From Galbitalea sp. (GTDB taxonomy: Bacteria; Actinomycetota; Actinomycetes; Actinomycetales; Microbacteriaceae), in contig DATAXD010000011.1 of assembly GCA_036266835.1 (NCBI GenBank), forward strand, positions 183-64,182: 64,000 bases of DNA, written 5' to 3'. This document shows positions 38,185 to 46,316 of the stretch, one piece after another (the stretch's first letter is position 1; every line of letters starts with the position of its first letter). Both the position numbers and the translations under genes were made by a program. Under the pieces are notes generated by a model. That model was not told the origin of the DNA, did not search any database, and saw only the letters and a list, made by a program, of their open reading frames with translations.

Positions 38185-39516
38185 ATGAACAGCATCCGAC
38201 GGCGTGCCGCGCTTCGACGGGCAATCCTGCCCGCCGCGACGCTGACCGCGGTCGCGGTTCTGCTCGGCGGCTGCTCCGCGCCCAGCGCCGAGCGAGCTGG
38301 ACCCACGGCCCCGGGGGTGGTCAGCGTCGGGGGCCCGCTCATTGGCACCGACGCCACGCTGCTTCGCAAGTCGTGGGCCGGCTGGGAAAAGGCCAACCAC
38401 ATCAGGATCACCTATGTCGGCAGCTCCAACTTCGAGGAGCAGGTCGGCGCTGAGGCACAGCAGGGCAACGCACCCGACCTCGCAATTTTCTCGCAGCCCA
38501 GCTTCATCCAGGATCTGGCCACACTCGGATACCTTCAGCCCCTGCCGGCCTCGGTGGACACGAATGTGAAGAACAACTTTCCGGCCGCGTGGGCGCAGTA
38601 CACCACGTCGGGCGGGGCGAACTATGCAGCTCCACTCCTGGCGAGCGTGAACGGCTGGGTCTTCTATTCGCCCCACGAGTTCTCCACGCTCGGGCTCGCA
38701 ATACCGTCGACCTGGAGCCAGCTCCTGGCGATCACCAAGACCATCCAGGAGAAAACGGGTGAAGTCCCGTGGTGCGATGGATTCAGCGACGGAGCTGAGA
38801 GTGGGTCGGCGGGCGTCGACTGGATCGATGACCTGGTGCTGCGCTTCGCGGGGCCGTCGGTCTATGACCAGTGGATTGACCACCAGATCCCCTTCACCGA
38901 TCCGCGCATTGAGGCCGCGTTTGACGAACTGGGCCTCATCCTGCAAAACCCGAGCTATGTCAACGGCGGGATCGGCGGGGTCTCGAGTATCGATCAGACG
39001 ACGACCGCGCAGGTCGCCACGGCGCTCGAGAGCGGGAAATGTGCCCTGACCCATCAGCCGTCGTCCTTCGAGAACGACCTGACGAACGCGAAGGGCGATC
39101 CCGCGAACGTGAGTGCGCTCGGTGATTTCTGGGCGTTCCCACTGCCGCCCCCAACGCTGCCGCAGATTCCGGTCACCGGCGGTGGCGAGTTCGTCGCCGC
39201 GTTCTCGCACAGCGCCGACACCGTGAAAGTGCAGAAATATCTCTCGAGCATCCAGTGGGCGACGGATCGCGTGCGTCTCGGCGGTGCCATTAGCCCGGAC
39301 AGCGCAGTGCCGGCCTCGGCGGGTACCAGTCCGCTGCTGCAGGACGCGACCCAGCTGCTGCACAACCCGGCGGCGACGTTCCGTTTCGACGCATCCGATC
39401 TCATGCCGTCCGTCGTCGGCGAGGGAACGTTCCTTACCGGGATGGTCGACTGGGCAAACGGTAAGCCGGTGAAGAAGATTCTGGCGACGATCAATTCGTC
39501 GTGGCCCGGGAATTGA
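38185..39516 (+). CDS. Extracellular solute-binding lipoprotein, family 1 (sugar type); no cognate permease nearby
   Basis: Lipobox LLGGCSA. 443 aa with an SBP_bac_1-like pattern. Confidence 0.75.
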   Translation: MNSIRRRAALRRAILPAATLTAVAVLLGGCSAPSAERAGPTAPGVVSVGGPLIGTDATLLRKSWAGWEKANHIRITYVGSSNFEEQVGAEAQQGNAPDLAIFSQPSFIQDLATLGYLQPLPASVDTNVKNNFPAAWAQYTTSGGANYAAPLLASVNGWVFYSPHEFSTLGLAIPSTWSQLLAITKTIQEKTGEVPWCDGFSDGAESGSAGVDWIDDLVLRFAGPSVYDQWIDHQIPFTDPRIEAAFDELGLILQNPSYVNGGIGGVSSIDQTTTAQVATALESGKCALTHQPSSFENDLTNAKGDPANVSALGDFWAFPLPPPTLPQIPVTGGGEFVAAFSHSADTVKVQKYLSSIQWATDRVRLGGAISPDSAVPASAGTSPLLQDATQLLHNPAATFRFDASDLMPSVVGEGTFLTGMVDWANGKPVKKILATINSSWPGN

Positions 39517-39565
39517 GCTTCCGCGCCTCGGGTCGAGGTAGTTCGAGGGTCGAACAACTGCGCTA

Positions 39566-39590
39566 AACTGGTTTGATGATCGAACCAGTT
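39566..39590. promoter_or_regulatory. Inverted repeat AACTGGTT-N9-AACCAGTT spanning the MarR start codon
   Basis: 8-bp perfect arms. An additional GTTCGA-GGG-TCGAAC palindrome lies at 39541-39555. Confidence 0.45.
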
Positions 39591-40031
39591 GTGACTCCTG
39601 ATCCCGCAGCCGTCGATGCTGTACTGGCACTGTCGCGCTTGTCACGAATTGTCGAGCGAGCGTCTGACGAGTTGAGCTCCGCGGACTACCGCGTGATGTC
39701 GGCGATTGCCGGTGGTGAGGCGCGAGCATCCCGTCTCGCCTCACGCTTGCTCCTGGGGCGGCCGACCATCAGCTCGACCGTCGACTCGCTGAGTAAGCGA
39801 AAGCTCATCGTGAAGGCCACGGTCGACGGAGACAATCGGGCCATCGCGCTGTCTTTGTCGCCTGCCGGGGCCAAGCTGTTCGCTCGCATGGAGGGACGGA
39901 TGGTGCGCCAGCTCGAGCTTCTCGCGGCACGGACCCCGAATCCCTCGCAGGTAATCGAATCGCTCGGGTGGCTCGGTGACGCGATCGAAGCGTCGATGGC
40001 TGCGCACCCTCGAGAGGGCATGGCCGAGTGA
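39576..40031 (+). CDS. MarR family transcriptional regulator
   Basis: LSSADYRVMSAIAGGEARASRLASRLLLGRPTISSTVDSLSKRKLI winged HTH. Confidence 0.85.
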   Translation: MIEPVVTPDPAAVDAVLALSRLSRIVERASDELSSADYRVMSAIAGGEARASRLASRLLLGRPTISSTVDSLSKRKLIVKATVDGDNRAIALSLSPAGAKLFARMEGRMVRQLELLAARTPNPSQVIESLGWLGDAIEASMAAHPREGMAE

Positions 40032-43000
40032 GGGCGACTAGCGCGGTCGGCTGGGTTCGTCGCCTCTGGCACTACATGCTGCGCCATCGCCGCAGCGTGA
40101 TCATCTCACTCTCGGCAGCCCTGCTGGGAAGTGCCTGCCAGGTCGTAGTTCCGCTGATCGCGCGACAGATCGTCGACGGAGTGATCGTTGCGCACTCGTC
40201 TCCGCTGCTCCCGTGGCTGGTGCTGCTCGTGGGGCTCGCGCTCGCGACCTTCGGCTTCACCTATCTGCGCCGCTACCGTGGGGGCCGCGTCGCGCTGGAG
40301 GTGCAGAACGACCTGCGCAATGACATGCACGACCACCTGCAGGCCATGGATTTCGCCAGTCTCGACCAACTCTCGACCGGGCAGATCGTCTCACGCGCGA
40401 ACTCGGATTCGGCACTCGTGCAAGGCCTGCTCAACATGCTGCCGATCATGAGCGGCAACGTCATCCTGATGGTGCTTTCGCTCGTGGTCATGTTCTTCCT
40501 GTCACCTCTCCTGGCGATTGTGAGCCTGGTAATGCTGCCGCTGCTGGTGCTGATCGCGTATCGCATGCGGTCACGGGTGTTTCCCGCCAGCTGGGATGCG
40601 CAGCAGAAAGAGGGCGAGGTCGCGCAGATTGTCGACGAGGACACGAGTGGTGTTCGAGTGGTCAAGGCGTTCGGCCGGGAATCGCGCGAGATACAGCGGA
40701 TCGCGGAGGTCTCGACGGCGCTCTACGGCTCGCAACTTCGGTCGGTGCGCATCCAGTCCCGCTACCAGCCGCTGCTGCAGGCGGTTCCAACCCTGGGCCA
40801 GGTCGCCGTGCTCGCGTTCGGCGGATGGCTGACGCTCGAGCACCAGCTGACCATCGGCACGTTTCTCGCATTCTCGGCCTACATCGCGGCTCTCGTCTCA
40901 CCTGCACGTCAGCTCGCCGGCATCCTCACGATTGGGCAGCTGGCTCGCGTGGGCATCGAGCGGATCTTCCAGCTGCTGGACCAGCCGACCGCGATCGCGG
41001 ATGCGCCCGACGCGATCGACCTGCCGGTTGGCGGAGGCGACATCCGTTTCTCGCACGTGACGTTTGGCTACTCCGGCGCACCGGTGCTGAACGACTTTTC
41101 TCTGGACATCGCCGCGGGGGAGCGCGTTGCCCTGGTAGGTCCGAGCGGAAGCGGCAAGTCCACGGCGGCCATGTTGGTCTCACGGTTCTACGACCCCGCG
41201 GCCGGCGCAGTGTCGGTCAACGGCGTGGATGTTCGCGGGCTGCACCTCAAGTCGCTGCGCGGCGACGTTGGGATGGTCTTTGAGGAGAGTTTCCTATTCT
41301 CGGATTCGGTTCGGGCGAATATCGCCTACGGGCGTCCGTCTGCGACCGAGGACGAAATCGTGGCGGCGGCGCGCATCGCATCCGCAGACGAATTCATCAT
41401 GGCCCTTCCGCGCGGCTACGACACGGTGGTCGGCGAGCGGGGGTTGAGCCTGTCGGGCGGGCAACGGCAACGGATTGCCATTGCGCGCGCGATTCTGGCG
41501 GATCCGGGCATCCTGATCCTGGACGACGCGACGAGCGCGATCGATTCGCGCACCGAGGAATCCATCCATGAGGCTCTGCGCGGAGCGCTCGGCGGCAAGA
41601 CGGTGCTGCTGATCGCCCACCGCGAGTCGACGCTGCGGCTCGCCGATCGAATCGTCGTCCTGGACCACGGCCGAGTGCTCGAGCAGGGCACTCACGACGA
41701 GCTGACAGCGACGAGCGCGACCTATCGCGCGCTTCTGTCGGGACTGGACGCGGATGTCGCTGCCGCGGTATCCGAGGGACGCATCGAGGTGCTCGCCGAG
41801 CTCACCGAGGGTGGCGTGACTGCGGACGCGTGGAAGGGTGGCGCAAACGAGGCGGCGAGAACATCCACGCTGCCCGCTGCCGGCGGTCTCGGAATGGGAC
41901 TCGGAGGGGGTGGCGGGCGCGGTGGACCGGGCCGCGGGATGATGGCGATGCTGGCAGCAACACCCGAGATGCTCGCGCGCGTGGCGGCGCTCGGACCGGT
42001 GAAGGACGTTCCGAAAATCGACTTCGCCCGGGAGACGCTTCAAGACCGGTCGTTCTCGCTGGCGCGGCTCCTTCGCGAGTTCCGTCGGCCGCTGGTTGGC
42101 GGTCTGGTTCTCGTCGTGCTCGACGCGATCGCCGGCCTCATCGGCCCCTACCTGGTGAAGACGGGCATCGACGGCGGTGTTGAGACCGGTTCGACGGCCG
42201 TCCTGTTCCTGGCGTCGGGACTGTTCCTGCTGGTGACGCTAGCCGATCTGTTCGACGAGATCGCGGAAACGCTCGTCACCGGTCGGCTCGCCCAACGCGT
42301 GATGCTGAGTCTGCGCATCCGAATCTTCGCTCAGCTGCAGCGCCTGTCGCTCGATTACTACGAGCGCGAGATGGGCGGGCGCATCATGACCAGGATGACG
42401 ACGGATGTGGACCAGTTCGAGTCGCTCATCCAGACCGGGCTGCTCTCGGCGCTGGTCGCGATGGTGACCTTCGTCGGTGTCGGCGCGGCCCTGCTGGTGG
42501 TGAATCTTCAGTTGGGGCTGTTCACGCTGACGGTGGTGATTCCGCTGGCGGTCGCGACCGTGCTGTTCCGACGTCGCGCCGAGGTTCTCTATGACGAATC
42601 ACGGGAGCGCATCGCGATCGTGAACGCCGACTTCCAGGAGAGCCTGTCTGGCGTCCGTGAATCGCAGGCGTTTGTTCACGAGGCGCTGACGATGAAGCGG
42701 TTCCACGGACTCGGCGATCGCTATCTGGAGTCTCGCGTCGCCGCGCAGCGACTGGTTGCGACCTATTTTCCGTTCGTGCAGTTCCTCGCCGGGATCGCCG
42801 ACGCGATCGTGCTCGGCGCCGGCGCGCTGTTGATCGCGAACGGCCAGATCACGGCGGGCGTTCTGATCGCCTTCATCCTCTACATCGACATGTTCTTCTC
42901 GCCCATCCAGCAGCTGTCACAGGTCTTCGACGCGTGGCAGCAGACGCGGATATCCGTCGCTCGGATCGCGGACCTGATGGCGCTCGAAACGGTCACGCCG

Positions 43001-43903
43001 GAGGCGGAGCATCCGATCGATCCGGGTCGACTCACCGGTGCAGTATCGCTACGCGGTGTTCGGTTCAGCTATCCGTCGGCGCCTCGTCCGGCATCCGCGG
43101 GTCGTCGGCTGGGGCCGGCCGATTCGCGGCTGCTCGAGACGGCCGATGCTGCTTTCGTGAAACCACCCGAGGCGCTTCGGGGGATCGATCTCGACATCGC
43201 GGCGGGCGAAACGGTTGCTCTTGTCGGCGAGACCGGTGCCGGCAAGTCGACGGTCATGAAGCTGGTTGCTCGCTTCTACGACGCCGACGAGGGCAGCGTT
43301 CTGGTAGATGGGCAGGATGTGCGCGGGCTCGATCTTCGCGCGTTCCGGACGCAGCTCGGGTATGTGCCGCAGGAAGCGTTCCTGTTCACGGGGTCTGTTC
43401 GCGACAACATCGCGTTCGGTCGTCCCGGGGCGACGGATGCCGAGGTCGAGGCTGCGGCCCGTGCGGTTGGCGCGCACGAGTTCGTCGTGGAGCTGGATGG
43501 CGGGTACCTTCATGAACTCACCGAGCGCGGGCGGTCGCTTTCTGCGGGTCATCGCCAGCTGATCGCGCTGGCCAGGGCGGAACTCGTGAATCCGGCGATC
43601 CTGCTGCTCGATGAGGCGACATCCAACCTGGATCTGGCGACAGAAGCGCGTGTTGCTGCGGCCATGCAGCGGGTGACGACCGGTCGCACGACCGTCGTGA
43701 TTGCGCATCGCCTCCAGACGGCTCGAACCGCCGATCGCATCGCTGTTCTTCACGCCGGCCAGATCGTGGAGGTTGGGTCTCACGACGAGCTGGTGGCCCT
43801 CGGCGGTCGGTACGCAGCCATGTGGCAGGCGTTCGCGTCGGTCGAAACTCCGCGAGAGGGCGCAATCCGCGCTTCGTTGGGGCCGCCAACTGTCGGATTG
43901 TGA
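40028..43903 (+). CDS. Full-length fused ABC exporter (TMD-NBD-TMD-NBD in one 1291-aa polypeptide)
   Basis: Two TM blocks and two NBDs: LVGPSGSGKST/LSGGQRQRIAIARA and LVGETGAGKST/LSAGHRQLIALARA. They are joined by a Gly-rich linker GGLGMGLGGGGGRGGPGRGMM. GTGA overlap with the MarR gene. Confidence 0.9.
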   Translation: MRATSAVGWVRRLWHYMLRHRRSVIISLSAALLGSACQVVVPLIARQIVDGVIVAHSSPLLPWLVLLVGLALATFGFTYLRRYRGGRVALEVQNDLRNDMHDHLQAMDFASLDQLSTGQIVSRANSDSALVQGLLNMLPIMSGNVILMVLSLVVMFFLSPLLAIVSLVMLPLLVLIAYRMRSRVFPASWDAQQKEGEVAQIVDEDTSGVRVVKAFGRESREIQRIAEVSTALYGSQLRSVRIQSRYQPLLQAVPTLGQVAVLAFGGWLTLEHQLTIGTFLAFSAYIAALVSPARQLAGILTIGQLARVGIERIFQLLDQPTAIADAPDAIDLPVGGGDIRFSHVTFGYSGAPVLNDFSLDIAAGERVALVGPSGSGKSTAAMLVSRFYDPAAGAVSVNGVDVRGLHLKSLRGDVGMVFEESFLFSDSVRANIAYGRPSATEDEIVAAARIASADEFIMALPRGYDTVVGERGLSLSGGQRQRIAIARAILADPGILILDDATSAIDSRTEESIHEALRGALGGKTVLLIAHRESTLRLADRIVVLDHGRVLEQGTHDELTATSATYRALLSGLDADVAAAVSEGRIEVLAELTEGGVTADAWKGGANEAARTSTLPAAGGLGMGLGGGGGRGGPGRGMMAMLAATPEMLARVAALGPVKDVPKIDFARETLQDRSFSLARLLREFRRPLVGGLVLVVLDAIAGLIGPYLVKTGIDGGVETGSTAVLFLASGLFLLVTLADLFDEIAETLVTGRLAQRVMLSLRIRIFAQLQRLSLDYYEREMGGRIMTRMTTDVDQFESLIQTGLLSALVAMVTFVGVGAALLVVNLQLGLFTLTVVIPLAVATVLFRRRAEVLYDESRERIAIVNADFQESLSGVRESQAFVHEALTMKRFHGLGDRYLESRVAAQRLVATYFPFVQFLAGIADAIVLGAGALLIANGQITAGVLIAFILYIDMFFSPIQQLSQVFDAWQQTRISVARIADLMALETVTPEAEHPIDPGRLTGAVSLRGVRFSYPSAPRPASAGRRLGPADSRLLETADAAFVKPPEALRGIDLDIAAGETVALVGETGAGKSTVMKLVARFYDADEGSVLVDGQDVRGLDLRAFRTQLGYVPQEAFLFTGSVRDNIAFGRPGATDAEVEAAARAVGAHEFVVELDGGYLHELTERGRSLSAGHRQLIALARAELVNPAILLLDEATSNLDLATEARVAAAMQRVTTGRTTVVIAHRLQTARTADRIAVLHAGQIVEVGSHDELVALGGRYAAMWQAFASVETPREGAIRASLGPPTVGL

Positions 43904-43919
43904 CTTCCCACCGGGTTTA

Positions 43920-43976
43920 CTCAACCAAATGGTTGAGGTTTCGCGCGCGATGATCTAAGCTCAACCACATGGTTGA
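43920..43976. promoter_or_regulatory. Two TCAACCA-NN-TGGTTGA palindromes, candidate ArsR operator
   Basis: CTCAACCAAATGGTTGAG (43920-43937) and TCAACCACATGGTTGA (43961-43976). The second contains the ArsR ATG (43969). Confidence 0.6.
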
Positions 43977-44340
43977 ACGATCGAGCGTGCTGGATGCATC
44001 GCCCGAGCTCGATGCGGTGTTCCGGTCGCTGGGCGATCCGACGCGCCGCTCGATGCTGCGGATGCTCGCGGACGGCGAACGGAGCGTGGGCGAACTGGCC
44101 CAGCCGTTTGCGATGTCGTTCGCGGGTGCATCCAAGCACGTGAAGGTATTGGAGGACGCGGGACTCGTGCGCAGAACAATTCGTGGTCGCATCCACTCGT
44201 GCAATCTCGTGCCCGCTCGACTTGCCGAAGCGGACAAGTGGTTCGACTTCTACAGCCGGTTCTGGTCCAAGCGACTGGATGACCTCGAGGATGCCCTCAG
44301 AAACGAGAGCACCGACACTACCGAAAGGGAAACGAAATGA
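43969..44340 (+). CDS. ArsR/SmtB family transcriptional regulator
   Basis: FRSLGDPTRRSMLRML...ELAQPFAMSFAGASKHVKVLEDAGLV. Has the same C-terminal Y-x-RFW extension as the 16248 paralog. Confidence 0.85.
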   Translation: MVERSSVLDASPELDAVFRSLGDPTRRSMLRMLADGERSVGELAQPFAMSFAGASKHVKVLEDAGLVRRTIRGRIHSCNLVPARLAEADKWFDFYSRFWSKRLDDLEDALRNESTDTTERETK

Positions 44341-44873
44341 CGATGACCAAGGACGCGACCATGCCGAAGGAAGGCGTGGTTCGCTTCGAGAGGATCCTGA
44401 ATGCGCCCGTCGAGCGCGTCTGGGACTACGTCGTGAACGACGAGCTCCGCAAGACGTGGCTCGGCAACGGCACCGTCGACCTGGTTCTGGGGGGTCACGT
44501 TCACCTGGACTACGACCAGGCCACCCTGAGCAGTGAACCCGTTCCCGAAGGCAGCGAGTTCGATCCGCACGTCGAGGACGGAACGATCGTCGAACTCGAC
44601 CCTCCACATCTGATTGCGTACACCTGGGGTGAGTGGTTCGGCCAGAACTGCGTCGTCAGTTTCGAGCTGACGCCGGAAGGGGACGGCACGAAGCTCGTCC
44701 TCGAGCACCGGAAGATTGCATCCATGCGGCTCACCTACGACGTCGCGACCGGATGGCACGGTCACCTGGACCTTCTCGAGGACCGCATCAACGGCACCGA
44801 GCGGCCATTCCGCACTCACTTCGATTCGGTCACGGCCAAGTACGACAAGCTCTACGCGGAGCAGTCCGCCTGA
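44337..44873 (+). CDS. SRPBCC (Aha1-like) domain protein
   Basis: VRFERILNAPVERVWDYVVNDELRKTWLG. ATGA overlap with the ArsR gene. Confidence 0.8.
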   Translation: MTMTKDATMPKEGVVRFERILNAPVERVWDYVVNDELRKTWLGNGTVDLVLGGHVHLDYDQATLSSEPVPEGSEFDPHVEDGTIVELDPPHLIAYTWGEWFGQNCVVSFELTPEGDGTKLVLEHRKIASMRLTYDVATGWHGHLDLLEDRINGTERPFRTHFDSVTAKYDKLYAEQSA

Positions 44874-44906
44874 GGCTTCCGATCGGGGTTGCTGGTGGAG
44901 GGGGAA

Positions 44907-44948
44907 AGTCGCTCGCGGAGGGTGTGCTACGACCCTCCGCGAGCGACT
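44907..44948. terminator. Perfect 17-bp stem hairpin between convergent genes
   Basis: AGTCGCTCGCGGAGGGT / GTGCTACG / ACCCTCCGCGAGCGACT. Confidence 0.6.
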
Positions 44949-44987
44949 GAGCGCCTCCGCGACGGGTGCTAACAGCCCCCGCGACCG

Positions 44988-46142
44988 CTACAGCCGCTCG
45001 ATCAGGGTCGCGTTCGACATCCCGCCGCCCTCGCACATGACCTGGAGGCCAATTCGCCCATCGGTCTGCTCGAGAGTGTTGACCATTGTGCCGAGCAGAC
45101 GAGTGCCACTCGAGCCGAGAGCATGTCCGAGCGCAATTGCCCCACCACGTGGGTTGACTTTGTCGGGATCGGCGTGCAGCTCCTTCTGCCAGGCCAGCAC
45201 AACCGGTGCGAACGCCTCGTTGACCTCGAAGGTGTCGATGTCGTCGATGTCGAGGTTCGCGCGGGACAGGATGCGCCGGGTCGCCGGAATAACGCCGGTC
45301 AGCATCTCGATCGGATCACTGCCAACGACCGCAAAGTTGGTGAACCGCGCTCGCGGGGTTAGCCCAAGCTCGGCCGCCTTGTGCTCGCTCATGATCAGAA
45401 CGGCGGATGCACCATCCGTGAGCGGCGACGAGTTGCCGGGAGTGATGCGCCAGTCGATTTCGGGGAATCTCTTGCCGAGCTCCTCGTCGTAGAACGCCGG
45501 CTTGAGGCCCGCCAACCCTTCGACGGTCGTGGACGGACGCAGCGTCTCGTCCACCTCGAAGTCGCCGATCGGCAGGATCTCGTTCGAGAAATCGGCAGCA
45601 GCGCCGAGCCGGTGCGAGCGAGCCGCGAACTCGTCGAGCTCCTCACGCGACAGCTTCCAGCGCGACGCGATGAGCTCCGCGGAAATCCCCTGGCCGACGA
45701 GACCGTCGGGGAACCGTTCGTGAACCAGAGTTCCCCACGGATCCTGGCCGAGGGTCGCGTAGTTGATCGGGTACTTGCTCATCTGCTCGACACCGCAGGC
45801 GATCACGATGTCGTAGCTGCCGGCGATGATCCCCTGTGCAGCGAAGGTGGAGGCCTGCTGGCTCGAGCCGCACTGGCGGTCGACCGTCGTGCCCGGAACG
45901 GACACCGGAAATCCCGCGGCGAGCGCCGCGTTGCGTGCAATGTTTACCGACTGCTCGCCAACCTGGGCGAGGCAACCGGCGATCACATCATCGACGAGGG
46001 CCGGGTCGAGATCGTTGCGTGCGACGAGCTCGCGGAGAACCGTCGCGAGCAGGTCGACCGGATGAAAGTAGGAAAGCGCACCACCCGGCTTTCCGCGGCC
46101 GGAGGGAGTGCGGATGGCGTCGACGATTACTGCGGTTGGCAT
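44988..46142 (-). CDS. Acetyl-CoA C-acetyltransferase (thiolase)
   Basis: DRQCGSSQQA active-site Cys region and C-terminal CEGGGMSNATLIERL. Confidence 0.92.
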   Translation of the reverse strand: MPTAVIVDAIRTPSGRGKPGGALSYFHPVDLLATVLRELVARNDLDPALVDDVIAGCLAQVGEQSVNIARNAALAAGFPVSVPGTTVDRQCGSSQQASTFAAQGIIAGSYDIVIACGVEQMSKYPINYATLGQDPWGTLVHERFPDGLVGQGISAELIASRWKLSREELDEFAARSHRLGAAADFSNEILPIGDFEVDETLRPSTTVEGLAGLKPAFYDEELGKRFPEIDWRITPGNSSPLTDGASAVLIMSEHKAAELGLTPRARFTNFAVVGSDPIEMLTGVIPATRRILSRANLDIDDIDTFEVNEAFAPVVLAWQKELHADPDKVNPRGGAIALGHALGSSGTRLLGTMVNTLEQTDGRIGLQVMCEGGGMSNATLIERL

Positions 46143-46169
46143 GATTACAGGTTACGGGGCTTCGGGCAT

Positions 46170-46234
46170 GTGGGCATGGTCGCGAAGTCAAGAACGGGGA
46201 CCCCTACCCCGATTGACTTCACGACCATGCCCAC
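46170..46234. repeat. Palindromic intergenic element, family B copy 1
   Basis: 22-bp arms GTGGGCATGGTCGCGAAGTCAA / TTGACTTCACGACCATGCCCAC (one mismatch) around the 21-nt centre GAACGGGGACCCCTACCCCGA. Located between the hrpA stop and the thiolase start. Confidence 0.8.
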
Positions 46235-46316
46235 ACGCCCGTCGCAGTCACTGCGGGTGCAACCGCGAAATCGATGGTCGAGTAGCGGCGCGGAGCGACG
46301 CGTATCGAGACCATTC

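Noticed and set aside
41860-41945. Gly-rich coding repeat (GGLGMGLGGGGGRGGPGRG) as a possible assembly join of two genes
   Set aside because: The reading frame is continuous and codon usage is normal across it. It is kept as a genuine linker but flagged for checking in the findings.
46192-46212. C-rich loop (ACCCCUACCCC) as a 6C-type sRNA
   Set aside because: 6C RNA has two C-rich loops in a defined roughly 80-nt fold and a conserved genomic context. Here the two copies are in opposite orientation relative to transcription and sit inside long perfect palindromes.
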